Assembly: GCF_009914755.1 (NCBI RefSeq)
Contig: NC_060937.1
Direction: 5' to 3' (one strand)
DNA from: the human T2T-CHM13v2.0 reference genome, Homo sapiens
DNA: 64,000 nucleotides
The notes under the pieces were generated by a model. It did not search any database. It saw only the letters and a program-made list of their open reading frames with translations, and was not told the origin of the DNA. Both the position numbers and the translations under genes were made by a program. Shown here in pieces: positions 29,585 through 45,766 of this stretch (the first letter of the stretch is position 1; each line of letters opens with the position of its first letter).

Positions 29585-31083
29585 TCTGTTTAACTGTTAA
29601 CATCATGAGGTTTCCTTTCAATGAGGAAGGGAGGCCTGGGGAGGTGTGATGGGGAAGATGGAGAAGGGTAGGAGACATCATAAAACTGACAGAAGTGTGG
29701 CACGATTAAGACCCTGGTTTCTTAGACCACATAAGCAAGTGCCACTATTCTTTTGATCAACATTTGATTCTCTATTTCCTTCTTAGCATATAGATAGCTG
29801 CTTCAGGTCGTGAAAAAATACATTTAGTGAAATGAAACATAGTAGATATGTTCACCAAGAAACTAAAAAGAAAAGTTAGCCACAAACTATCTTATTTCAT
29901 TGAAATGTTTGGCTGAACCCATAAGAATGTTGATGAGGCCATTCTTGGATGCCTGTACTGAAATGAACCACGAGAGGAATATTTAGGATATGTTGAAGAG
30001 GCTGTTTGGCTTAATGAACAAAGGAGTTTCTGCAGGCCCAGGGAGTGGAATGAAAATTGGCATGATCATTTTGGAGAATATATGGAGTCAAACAGAGAAT
30101 TTGAATGGAGTTTTCAAAGAGGATATGTTAGGGGAATAAAGGCTGATAAACAACACTTGTATTTGTAGGAAAATAGGGAGAGTAAATCAAGGAATTCAAA
30201 GAGAAAGAGAAACTCACTTCAAGTAGGGGAGAAAAAACCCCTATAATTTTCACTCTTCCTTGTAAATAAAAAGGAAACAAATGAAAATAAGATATTAGAA
30301 GTCAGTAAGAATTTATGGGAGTATAAAGTTGGTTTTATGGATGCAAAGCCCTTTTCACTGCTGTACGAAACTCCTGGCTGCATGCTAACAATGGACAACT
30401 GATTTCCTTGCAGCTGTATTTTGCTGTTTTTTGCTCTTGGCTTGGACCTAGCACCCTGGGTCTGTGGGAAACCAGAACTGTCCCAGAGTTCTGGAGGGTA
30501 GGCCAAGGTTAGATGCTGGAGTGGGTTCTTTAATTTATTGTACTGATTCTTCTTGGGAAGAAAGAAGATTGCTTGTTAGAATTTTAGCTACGAGAGATGA
30601 CTATGAAACAGTAAATTAACTCCAACGACCTGAGTCATTTTGAAAACTCCCAGTCTCAGGATAAAAAATATAATCCTATTTAGAAATTCCTGGTGTGATC
30701 ACAGATGTAGCATTGGTTCTTTTCATGAAACCCGTAAATTAAAAAGTACATAATCCAAAGTCAATTAAATAGTAAGCTATTATAACAAATTCTTTTATTT
30801 CATTAGCTTTTCAAAATGTGGATAACTACACACTCAACCCAAGGAATCTACATTTTTCCACTGACTGCTAAAGACCAATGGAAATAACTCTAGTCCCCGT
30901 AGCACCTCACTGTGGGGTGACCTACCTTTGAAATAATGTGTTGGTTCTAGCTGATTTTTATATTGTTAGTCATTAAGTTAGGCTTGATGAGAAACAGATA
31001 TAATCTGAGTTGGGGATTCAAGTATTATATTGCATTTCTCCTCACAACTAGAGATAAATTTGCCATGGTTTTTCTCTTCATAG

Positions 31084-31650
<567 letters not shown>

Positions 31651-32278
31651 TAAGATTATCTAACATAAATGATGTGAATTTATATTTTTAAATCCTAATG
31701 GAGACATTCATTTTGGCAATAGTAGAATGCATTCATTTAACACCTTTCTCATTTGGAGTCTTGAGGAACTTGAATTAATTTTTAAAAACCCATTTGTAAA
31801 TGAGAAACTGGGTTATAATATTTGTAATTACTTAACTTTCAGTTATTAATCTAGATTTTTAGATTAAATTGAACATAAAACAAATCCCAGGATATCTAGC
31901 TCTCTGCACATGTTTTTCAGTTCTTGTTATTTTGGTTGAATAAAACACTTTAAAGAAAAAGGAATGTCCATGTTTTCTAGAGAAAATAGTATAAATAGAT
32001 CATGCTTTTAAAGCCTTCATTTATTTATTTATTGCATCAGACACAAAGCTGGGTGTCTAGGATGGAAAGTGGTACAAGACATCTTTCCAGCCCTGTAGAA
32101 TATCTATTATAAATAAGGAACTATTTTTTCAAGGTGCTCAGAAATCCAAAAAACATATTAGATAGGCCGATTTTGAGGGCATTTATTTGTAGAGTTATAT
32201 AGGTTTGATTAGAGTCTTTCGTCAAGAAGAAAAATCATTGGCTTACCAAACGAGAAGCATTACACTTTATTTATTTAA

Positions 32279-32683
<405 letters not shown>

Positions 32684-33843
32684 TAAGTAGTGCTTCCTTC
32701 CTAGGCTGATTGTCATGGCACATTGTCCGTTCTTTGAGCCAAAAACAATTCCTTATGAGTACACTAAGGGCACAATTTGGAATGCTGCACCCTTCTCTCC
32801 AAAACTCTTCCAATCTTCATCTTGTTTAAGTTAGATCCAAAGATAAATAAATTTAAAGCATATCAATATTTAAGATCCGATTAAGACAGTAAAAAGATAA
32901 AACACTCTCTTTTCATACTGTGGTTTTTGATCCTTTTTAAGGCAGTTGAGTTTTTTCATGAACAGGATCTAACACAGAACTCCAAAGCCTCTGAGTTTCA
33001 GTGGTGCTGCTGAGACTGAGGCAGGAACATTAGGCAGAGTCCTCCAGAGGCACAACTGTGGGCTCCACAAATGTGCAGAAATACCCTAAGAAAGTAAACC
33101 CTAGATCCAATGATTCACTGGTCAGAATGTCTTTTTTAGCAATAGTCATTGAAATGATATGAAATTTCTTCAGAATGATCAACCAATATTTATTGAGCAT
33201 CTTCTCAGTAGTAAGCCCTTAACATTCTTTCAGACTTCCTAAATTTTGAAGGGGCTTGTTTTCCAGCATTTGACTGGATACTCTAGTAAGCACTTATTGG
33301 ATGTCTAGTGTGTCCGAAGCCTTGTGTTAGTTGCTCGGGTCGCTTGGTTAAGGGGAGTGCAGGTAGAGGGTATACTGAGATGAGTAAGGGTAACCTTTGC
33401 TTTCAAAGGAGCAAAGGAGTCTACTGAGCGAAAACAATGTATGCACAAATGATGCAATGGAGTGAAGCGGGCATGGTGGTAAGTAACAAGGGCGGGGCTG
33501 GGGGATTGCTGCTGATAGAGTCCCAAGTGTGAAAATAGCCCTCAAGACAGAGACAGAGTTCAGTGTCCATAGACAAGCAGTTGGCTTTGACATGTTGGGT
33601 TATGGTAGCCAATTAATTGGTTCTGCAAATCACAGCTTGAAAGGAAACACTTGGAAGAATGTGAAATGGGTTGCTGTTTTCTTGTAAATATCCAATTGAA
33701 ATCTTTTATTTATAAGGAAATAAATTAACACCATCCTTAGTACATTTTTTGCTGGTTGGGATTATTCTTCTTTTTCAGACCACCCAGTTCATTTTACAGG
33801 CAGTCTCAGACTTAAACCCTCGCCTTCCATTTAAAAGATGACT

Positions 33844-34155
<312 letters not shown>

Positions 34156-35655
34156 TTATGCCAGGATATGTGAGCCCAGGAGAAAGGCTTCTGAGCTCCC
34201 TCCTGCTCGGTGTGCAATTTTCTGCCCTGCCCCGACTCTCTCCTTCTCTCCCAGCCTCCTGCTATTTGAAATCTCCTTATCCTAATTTCCCTCCTCAGAG
34301 TGGATTCCACTGTGGGGTTCAGAGAGGATCTGAGGTGGGAGAAGTGAGGCTGGTGAGGAAGAAGGGGAGGAGAAAGGGAAGAAGACCTCCGTAGCCTTCC
34401 TTCCTCCTCCTCTTTACTGGGGTTGGGGATAGATCGGATGGTCCCTGGTCCTTGTTCTATCTCTTGACCTTCTGCCTGCTCCCTGCTGAGCACGGATCTC
34501 TGATAGCAGCCTGAGTCTGGCAGGTTCAGTCCTTTGTATGCGGCACAATCTCCCAGCCAGCATTGCTGTGCAGATCATGGGAACGAATGCAGAACAAGAG
34601 TGGGGGTGTCGGAGGGAGCCCTACTTCTCCTGTTCTATTCCTCATCAGGGGGCTGTGCGCTGGCTTTGGGAATTGGTAAATAGTGAGAAAGTCTTAAGGG
34701 TACATCCTATTTCCTTGAGGGAGAAGAGAAAACGCTGGTCAGAAGCAATAAGTATAGCAGTGAATAGCAAGGGAGATGGGAGATAATTCCTTTTCCTACT
34801 ACACTCTAGAAGCTATTGTTTTAGAATCTGACCTAAGGTCAGCCACTAATTGGCCCCAGAGGTCTCTCTCTCAGATCACACGGTCCTTTTTTCCTCATCA
34901 GCTTGGGGACCCCACCCCTCCTCCTGGCAGTCTCCTCCTGTGCAGAACCCAACAAACACAAAATTAAGTCACTCTCAAACCCACAGCAGATGAGAGCTTC
35001 TCTGGAAGCTCCCTGGTGGGGAAAGGCTGCAATTGCTATTTTCTTCTTCTGGTTTTCACCTCAGGCTTTGTGTTATATTGACAGTACCCTTCTCAAGCTA
35101 ACTCCCTAACTGACCTGACGTAGTCAAAATAAGTTCTTTGTATGTCAGTTCTGAGGTGTGTGTGTTTTCACTTACAAACAGTACTCTACAGCTTTAAGAC
35201 ATTATATTAAAGTCCTGAGAAGTGATTTTTAAACCACTGAACTTCATCTTTTCCCTCCTGGCTAGTATTTCAGACTTTCAGTGTTTGAGGCATGCATTTC
35301 ACCTGAACAACTTGAAAAATAATATCCTAAGAAGCACACAACCTGACTTTAGGCTCATTCACATGGATTGTCACTTTACTTGGACCCACTTTCTCGGCTG
35401 AGAGGTTTGTTTTCCCATAACCACGGATGCTCATAGTTAATATAAATATTGAACTCACTATGTAGTGAGGACATAGAGCCTCTTTAACATTGGTCCCTGT
35501 TAGGAGAAAGTTTCTCCCATAACATACTAAATACATGTTTTAATAGCCGTTCCTTCTGAAAGGTCCAACTTCACTATTTTATTTTTTTAGTAAAATCTTA
35601 GTTAACAAATTAATGGAGGTTAGGTGGAATTTTGCCCCAAAAGTCCTGTATTTTC

Positions 35656-35957
35656 TTTTTTTTTTTTTCTTTTTTTTTGACAGAGTCTTGCTCTGTCGCC
35701 CAGGCTGGAGTGCAGTGGCGTGATCTCGGCTCACTGCAAGCTCCGCCTCCTAAGGTCACGCCATTCTCCTGCCTCAGCCTCCTGAGTAGCTGGGGCTACA
35801 GGTGCCCGCCACCGCACCCGGCTAATTTTTTGTATTTTTAGTAGAGACCGGGTTTCACTGTGTTAGCCAGGATGGTCTCAATCTCCTGACCTCGGGATCC
35901 ACCCACCTCGGCCTCCCAAAGTGCTGGGATTACAGGCGTGAGCCACCATGCCCGGCC
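35656..35957 (-). mobile_element. AluY-like
   Basis: Reverse Alu; TSD GTCCTGTATTTTC at 35643-35655 and 35959-35971. Confidence 0.92.
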
Positions 35958-36779
35958 TGTCCTGTATTTTCAAGAAACTTTTTTTTTCCTCCAGAAATGA
36001 TACCCTAGTCTTTCATATTTGTTTTCAGATGGACTGAATAAAAGCTGTTGTTTTGGAACAATCACGGTTAAAAAAAAAAGTTATGAATTTAGTCAACTCA
36101 GAGCTCTATAAAAATAATCCAAAAAATTCCTTCAAACTCTGAACGCTTCAAAAGAGCGTGCAAATATTCTGTCCTTCAAAGCTAAGGAAACATGATTTGT
36201 GGGGTGCATCACAGTGGAAAAATACTCTGACAGCATTCCCACAGCATTAGGGGAAGTGCATGTGTGGGTGTTCTGCAAGGGACAATTCTCCAGAAAAGGC
36301 AATTTCCCTTTGACATGCTGTTTTTAATGACTTTTCTTTATAAACACACTTATCTCTCCAGAGAAATAGCAGTGCATTTGCAACAGGCCCGTAAAATGCA
36401 ACAAAACCTCTGCTATGGTTTCTGACCCCTGCTTTTATACAGAGCATCAGACCAAGGAACCTGTTCTAACAGGATTATTTCAGAGGGGAACACAGGCTTA
36501 GGGTGCAGATCTTCCAGCTGGATTTTTCACTTTGCATTCCCTCCACAGCAGACACATGAAGGAATGATTTTGTGATTTTGATTTTATAATTTGCACACTT
36601 TTCCTAAATACTTTTTTTAAATTTTTATTTGGGAGGATTTTATAGCATATGATTGAGAACTATAATCATCATCATTGTTACAGAAGAATAATTTAGAAAA
36701 ATTTTTTAACTACGTTAAAAATTCCACTATGGGTGGATGACAATATTGTTCTTTCCTTCCACATTCTCCCTCCTTAGAC

Positions 36780-37088
<309 letters not shown>

Positions 37089-37289
37089 TCTCTCTCGGAC
37101 TTTCTACCATCAGTCAGATTGAATTTGTTAAATTCTGTCACTGACCCTAAACCCAACAAAAGGCAAGAGTTATGTTTATTTAGCACTTCCTCTACCTATA
37201 GCAAACCTCAATTTAGAGCGTAATTTTAAGCACAATTTAATTATAAATATCTTTTCATTTTCTTACTTAACTCACTCAGTTTTTTAAAT

Positions 37290-37562
37290 CTTCTTTTTTG
37301 AGACAAGATCTTGCTCTGTCACTGAGGCCGATGTACAGTGATGTGATCATGACTTACTGCAGCCTTGACCTCCCAGGCTTAGGTGATCCTCATACCTCAG
37401 CCTCCCGAGCAACTAGGACTACAGGCCCGTGCCACCATGCCGGGCCAAGACGGGGTTTGGACATGTTGCCCCAGCTGGTCTCCAACTCCTGGCCTCAAGT
37501 GACCCTCCCGCCTCGGCCTCTCAAAGTGCTGGGATTATAGGCATGAGCCACCGCACCTGGCC
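37290..37562 (-). mobile_element. AluJ
   Basis: Reverse Alu; aactcactca flanks both sides. Confidence 0.85.
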
Positions 37563-37975
37563 AACTCACTCACATTTTAAGTTTTTTCTTTTTTTCATCT
37601 AGTTTTTTTTCTTTTTAAATTTGAAAGCCTCATGACATTAATGATTTCTTACATTAAAAGAAAAACACCCAAAAATACTCTGCTTACATAACACCGACAA
37701 GTAGTGTGCAAGACTCATTAGCATTTGTCATCTGAAGTGACCAAATCCAGACTTTTGGGGGTCACATTAAAGAAACAGTTGAAGAGTTAGAACTATGGGT
37801 AAAGCGAGTGTGCATATCAGAAAGTGGAATATTGTCTTCCTCAGGAGCTGACAATTTATGAAAAATAGTTCACATTCTCAGCTAGAAAGGCTTCTATTTT
37901 TGCTCATATTCCTGGCTAGTTTTGCTGAAATAATTGCTTTGAATTACTTCCTCAGGACTGCCCAGGTGACGCTAA

Positions 37976-39109
<1,134 letters not shown>

Positions 39110-39410
39110 TAGCTGCGGCAATCTCCTGAAGGTTATGTCACCAGAGGGCATGACACTTGATTAAATCTCCAACATCAACACACACTGCCACCCTTGGAAT
39201 GGAGGGCTATCCATTTTGTGCCTCACTGAAACAGTCCAAGAGATATCTAGCATTTCCCCAAGGATAAAGGAGTGTAGCTAAAAGTAGAAGACCAGAAATC
39301 CCTAGCCCCTACTCTGGATCTATGCAAGCCTAGATTCTTGTCTTCCATCTTGGATGGCTCCACAGCAGTCTTAACTGTTTCATGTACATAAAGCAGTACA
39401 TAAAGATTTA

Positions 39411-40570
<1,160 letters not shown>

Positions 40571-40811
40571 AAGGAAAAAAAAAAAACACATACACACACG
40601 AAAAGCAAGTGACCAAAAGCAAGCAGGACAGGCAGACCTGATCCAATTAACCCCTGGGTTTCAACCCTGCTAAATGCAGCTCAATATTTGTCTTGATAAT
40701 TTGCCTATTTGGCTTTACATAAGATAAAGCCTTTTCTGATGAAATCTAATTGAGTCTGAAGTTGTATTAAATGGTATCGGAAACTTCCCAGCAGGAAGGC
40801 TACGTAAAAGT

Positions 40812-41507
<696 letters not shown>

Positions 41508-43462
41508 TTCTGAACATTTTTCTATTCATTCATTTTGAAATAATTATGCAGACACATCAGCTGTTAACCATTTGCACCTCTAAGTGTTGTGAAACTGTAA
41601 ATTTCATACATTTGACTTCTAGAAAACATTTTTGTGGCTTATGACAGAGGTTTTGAAATGGGCATAGGTGATCGTAAAATATTGAATAATGCGAATAGTG
41701 CCTGAATTTGTTCTCTTTTTGGGTGATTAAAAAACTGACAGGCACTATAATTTCTGTAACACACTAACAAAAGCATGAAAAATAGGAACCACACCAATGC
41801 AACATTTGTGCAGAAATTTGAATGACAAGATTAGGAATATTTTCTTCTGCACCCACTTCTAAATTTAATGTTTTTCTGGAAGTAGTAATTGCAAGAGTTC
41901 GAATAGAAAGTTATGTACCAAGTAACCATTTCTCAGCTGCCATAATAATGCCTAGTGGCTTCCCCTCTGTCAAATCTAGTTTCCTATGGAAAAGAAGATG
42001 GCAGATACAGGAGAGACGACAGAGGGTCCTAGGCTGGAATGTTCCTTTCGAAAGCAATGCTTCTATCAAATACTAGTATTAATTTATGTATCTGGTTAAT
42101 GACATACTTGGAGAGCAAATTATGGAAATGTGTATTTTATATGATTTTTGAGGTCCTGTCTAAACCCTGTGTCCCTGAGGGATCTGTCTCACTGGCATCT
42201 TGTTGAGGGCCTTGCACATAGGAAACTTTTGATAAGTATCTGCGGAAAAACAAACATGAATCCTGTGATATTGGGCTCTTCAGGAAGCATAAAGCAATTG
42301 TGAAATACAGTATACCGCAGTGGCTCTAGGTGGAGGAAAGGAGGAAAAAGTGCTTATTATGTGCAACATTATGATTAATCTGATTATACACCATTTTTGA
42401 GCAGATCTTGGAATGAATGACATGACCTTTCCCTAGAGAATAAGGATGAAATAATCACTCATTCTATGAACAGTGACACTACTTTCTATTCTTTAGCTGT
42501 ACTGTAATTTCTTTGAGTTGATAGTTTTACAAATTCTTAATAGGTTCAAAAGCAATCTGGTCTGAATAACACTGGATTTGTTTCTGTGATCTCTGAGGTC
42601 TATTTTATGTTTTTGCTGCTACTTCTGTGGAAGTAGCTTTGAACTAGTTTTACTTTGAACTTTCACGCTGAAACATGCTAGTGATATCTAGAAAGGGCTA
42701 ATTAGGTCTCATCCTTTAATGCCCCTTAAATAAGTCTTGCTGATTTTCAGACAGGGAAGTCTCTCTATTACACTGGAGCTGTTTTATAGATAAGTCAATA
42801 TTGTATCAGGCAAGATAAACCAATGTCATAACAGGCATTGCCAACCTCACTGACACAGGGTCATAGTGTATAATAATATACTGTACTATATAATATATCA
42901 TCTTTAGAGGTATGATTTTTTCATGAAAGATAAGCTTTTGGTAATATTCATTTTAAAGTGGACTTATTAAAATTGGATGCTAGAGAATCAAGTTTATTTT
43001 ATGTATATATTTTTCTGATTATAAGAGTAATATATGTTCATTGTAAAAATTTTTAAAACACAGAAACTATATGCAAAGAAAAAATAAAAATTATCTATAA
43101 TCTCAGAACCCAGAAATAGCCACTATTAACATTTCCTACGTATTTTATTTTACATAGATCATATTGTATATAGTTAGTATCTTTATTAATTTTTATTATG
43201 AAACTTTCCTTTGTCATTATTAGTCTTCAAAAGCATGATTTTTAATAGTTGTTGAGTATTCCACCACAGGAATGTATCACAACTTAACCGTTCCCGTTTG
43301 TTAGACTAGTTTCTTATTAATGTTGATGAATGTTGTTTAAAAATAATTTTGTTGCTACATTTACTTTAATTTCCTTGACTGTAAAGAGAAGTAATTTTGC
43401 TCCTTGATAAAGTATTATATTAATAATAAATCTGCCTGCAACTTTTTGCCTTCTTTCATAAT
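41508..43462 (+). other. KL: KL 3'UTR (~1.95 kb, AU-rich)
   Basis: Follows the TAG stop; ends shortly after AATAAA at 43425; exact cleavage site approximate. Confidence 0.8.
43425..43430 (+). terminator. KL: KL polyadenylation signal AATAAA
   Basis: taatAATAAAtctgcc followed by U-rich and GU-rich (gagtggttg...ttttttttgt) sequence. Confidence 0.8.
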
Positions 43463-43559
43463 CATATGAGTGGTTGCTAGCTAATTTTTTTGTAATTAAA
43501 AAAACTTGAGTTGACTAAGCCACCTAAGATGTGATGGGAGCAGTGGAGAAATGGGTGTG

Positions 43560-44220
43560 ACTGCAAGAGGCCTGACCCACGCGGCTGGAAGATGGTAGGG
43601 GTGGGAGGGCGACCCAGGCTAGGCCATGTGTGGAGCAGAGAGAATTTCAGAGATGAGACAGCGAAATACACAAGAGCTGAAAAGGACAAAACAGAAGCCA
43701 GAGCCGCGAAGAGAAGCGACCTCTGAGAACCATCCAGCTACCTTCTAATGCCCGCCTCATGCTGACTCTGAGTCGGTAAAACTTCGCAGGTAGCTTGGGG
43801 TGAACGAAAGGAGGGCACCTCTAGGATCAGCCCCGGGACACTAGGCGGCGGCGCTGGAGGCGGGGACTTCCTGGCCCTGGTGGGGCGAAGTGCACTCATT
43901 CCTCCACCGCGTCTCAGAGCACCGCGTTCTTTCCACTCTAGTCTTCTTCTCTGATGCTTTCCTCTCATGAATTCTGGTGTACATATAATACAGAAACCAT
44001 CCTCCAGAATGCCTACACCTCTTCTTCCTTTGTGGGCCAATTCTACAGGGGCGCTAAGTGGCCGACTTGTGGTTCCCCAGTGTGTCTGGGCTGTTTCCTA
44101 CACACTTGTATTCGCCCTGCATTCGCGGCGTATTCCTTTGATCCCAGGTGGACTTTTATCCGCCGTTCATTTTGCCCTGCTTTGGAAGGACGGTTTTCCA
44201 GTTTCATTAGTGACACGTCA
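43560..44220. promoter_or_regulatory. CpG-rich element with GC-box, kB-like and CTCF-like motifs
   Basis: About 30 CpGs by eye in ~660 bp of non-Alu sequence; GAGGCGGGGACTTCC at 43857-43871; ACACTAGGCGGCGG at 43838-43851. Confidence 0.6.
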
Positions 44221-44267
44221 TTTTATCTTTGACTTCCACAGTCAATACTTAGAATCTGGCTTGGTCC

Positions 44268-44555
44268 TGTTGGCTCATGCCTGTAATCCCCACACTTTGG
44301 GAGGCCAAGGCAGGAGGATCAATTGAGGCTAGAAATTTGAGACCAGCCTGGGCAACATAGTGAGACCCGTCTCTACAAAAACTTCTAAAAATTAGCCGGG
44401 CGTGGTGCTGTGCACCTGTAGTCCCAGCTACTCGGGAGGTTGAGGTGGGAGGATCACTTGAACTCAGGAGGTTGAGGCTGCAGTGAACTATGTTCATGCC
44501 ATTGCACTCCAACTTGGGCAACAGAATGAGACCTGTCTCTGAAATAATAACAAGA
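44268..44555 (+). mobile_element. AluJ
   Basis: ggctcatgcctgtaatcccc...ggatcacttgaactcaggaggttgagg. Confidence 0.88.
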
Positions 44556-44599
44556 AGACTCTATTAGAGCCTTGGAAGTTTTCCATTAAATTATTTATG

Positions 44600-44870
44600 A
44601 TAGTGCTGTTCAACAGATACAAGCAAGCCATGTATTTCATTTTAAATTTTCTAGTAGTCATATTAAAAAATAAAAAGGCATAGAAGAGATAAATTTTAAT
44701 AATATATTTTATTCTTTCCAGTATATCCAAAATATTGTATTTTCAACTTGTAATTGATATAAACATTATTGAGATATTTCACATTTTTTTTGGTACTAAG
44801 TAATTTTGGTACTAAGTAATTAGATTGGTCTATAGCATATTTGTTTAATATTTAATATTGAGCAATGCTG
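44600..44870. mobile_element. MER33-like hAT MITE containing a 16-bp tandem duplication
   Basis: tttaaattttctagtagtcatattaaaaaa...tatatccaaaatatt; TTTTGGTACTAAGTAA x2 at 44788-44819. Confidence 0.65.
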
Positions 44871-45727
44871 CTGGAAATTTGCACTTGGAAAGGAACATGT
44901 TAATTTGGAGCATGTTGGCCATCCTGGATGGGAGGACCTCGGTTCTAGAGGGGAAGGCAGAGGCCATGTCTTGTCTGGTATATTTTTTACAGTGTTTAGC
45001 GCAGTATCTCTTACATGATATTGTTCAACAAATGTTGATTAATTGAATACATGACGGAATAAATGATAAGCAGAATTAGCTCACTGCCATCACCTGTGCC
45101 CAGAGACTGGTTTAATAGAGATCACCTGTCAGCCAGCAATGACGATGTGTTAGATGCCACACAGCTCCATCCTATATATTCAGAGGAAGGAATGATAACT
45201 TGTCTTACTAGGTAGAGAGGCAGTAAAACTTACTGCTGTCCTAAATTGTTGCCTCCAGACAAATCACTAAGTGAAAGGTTGTAACTTTTTGTCTTCCTTA
45301 TCCACATGTCTTTCAACTAGTCAGTAATCTTTCTGTCTCAGGCTGAGTTCTTTATCTGTAAACAAAAACAGTATTTTAGAGGAACCCTTTATGTCATCTC
45401 CAAATACTTAGTTTCCTAGAATGTGTAGCTTTTCCCCTCAGACCCATTGCATTTTTCCATTTTTATAACCACTAAATATTGTTGGAGTTTTGCTGGTTGT
45501 AGGACATTTCCTGGAACTTGTTTTTTCCATATCTTTGTGGTTAAACACCCATTGTCTGATATCAAGGAGAAAGAGGTCCAGAAAACCCACAGGGAACCTT
45601 GAGCAAAGGGTGGAAATGCCACTAATAATGGTGACAGGACACCTACAATATGGTGAAATCTTGTTTTACATGATTTCTGCATACCAGAAAAGACTTGGTG
45701 ACTACTACTCAAGTCCCCCGACCTCTG

Positions 45728-45766
<39 letters not shown>

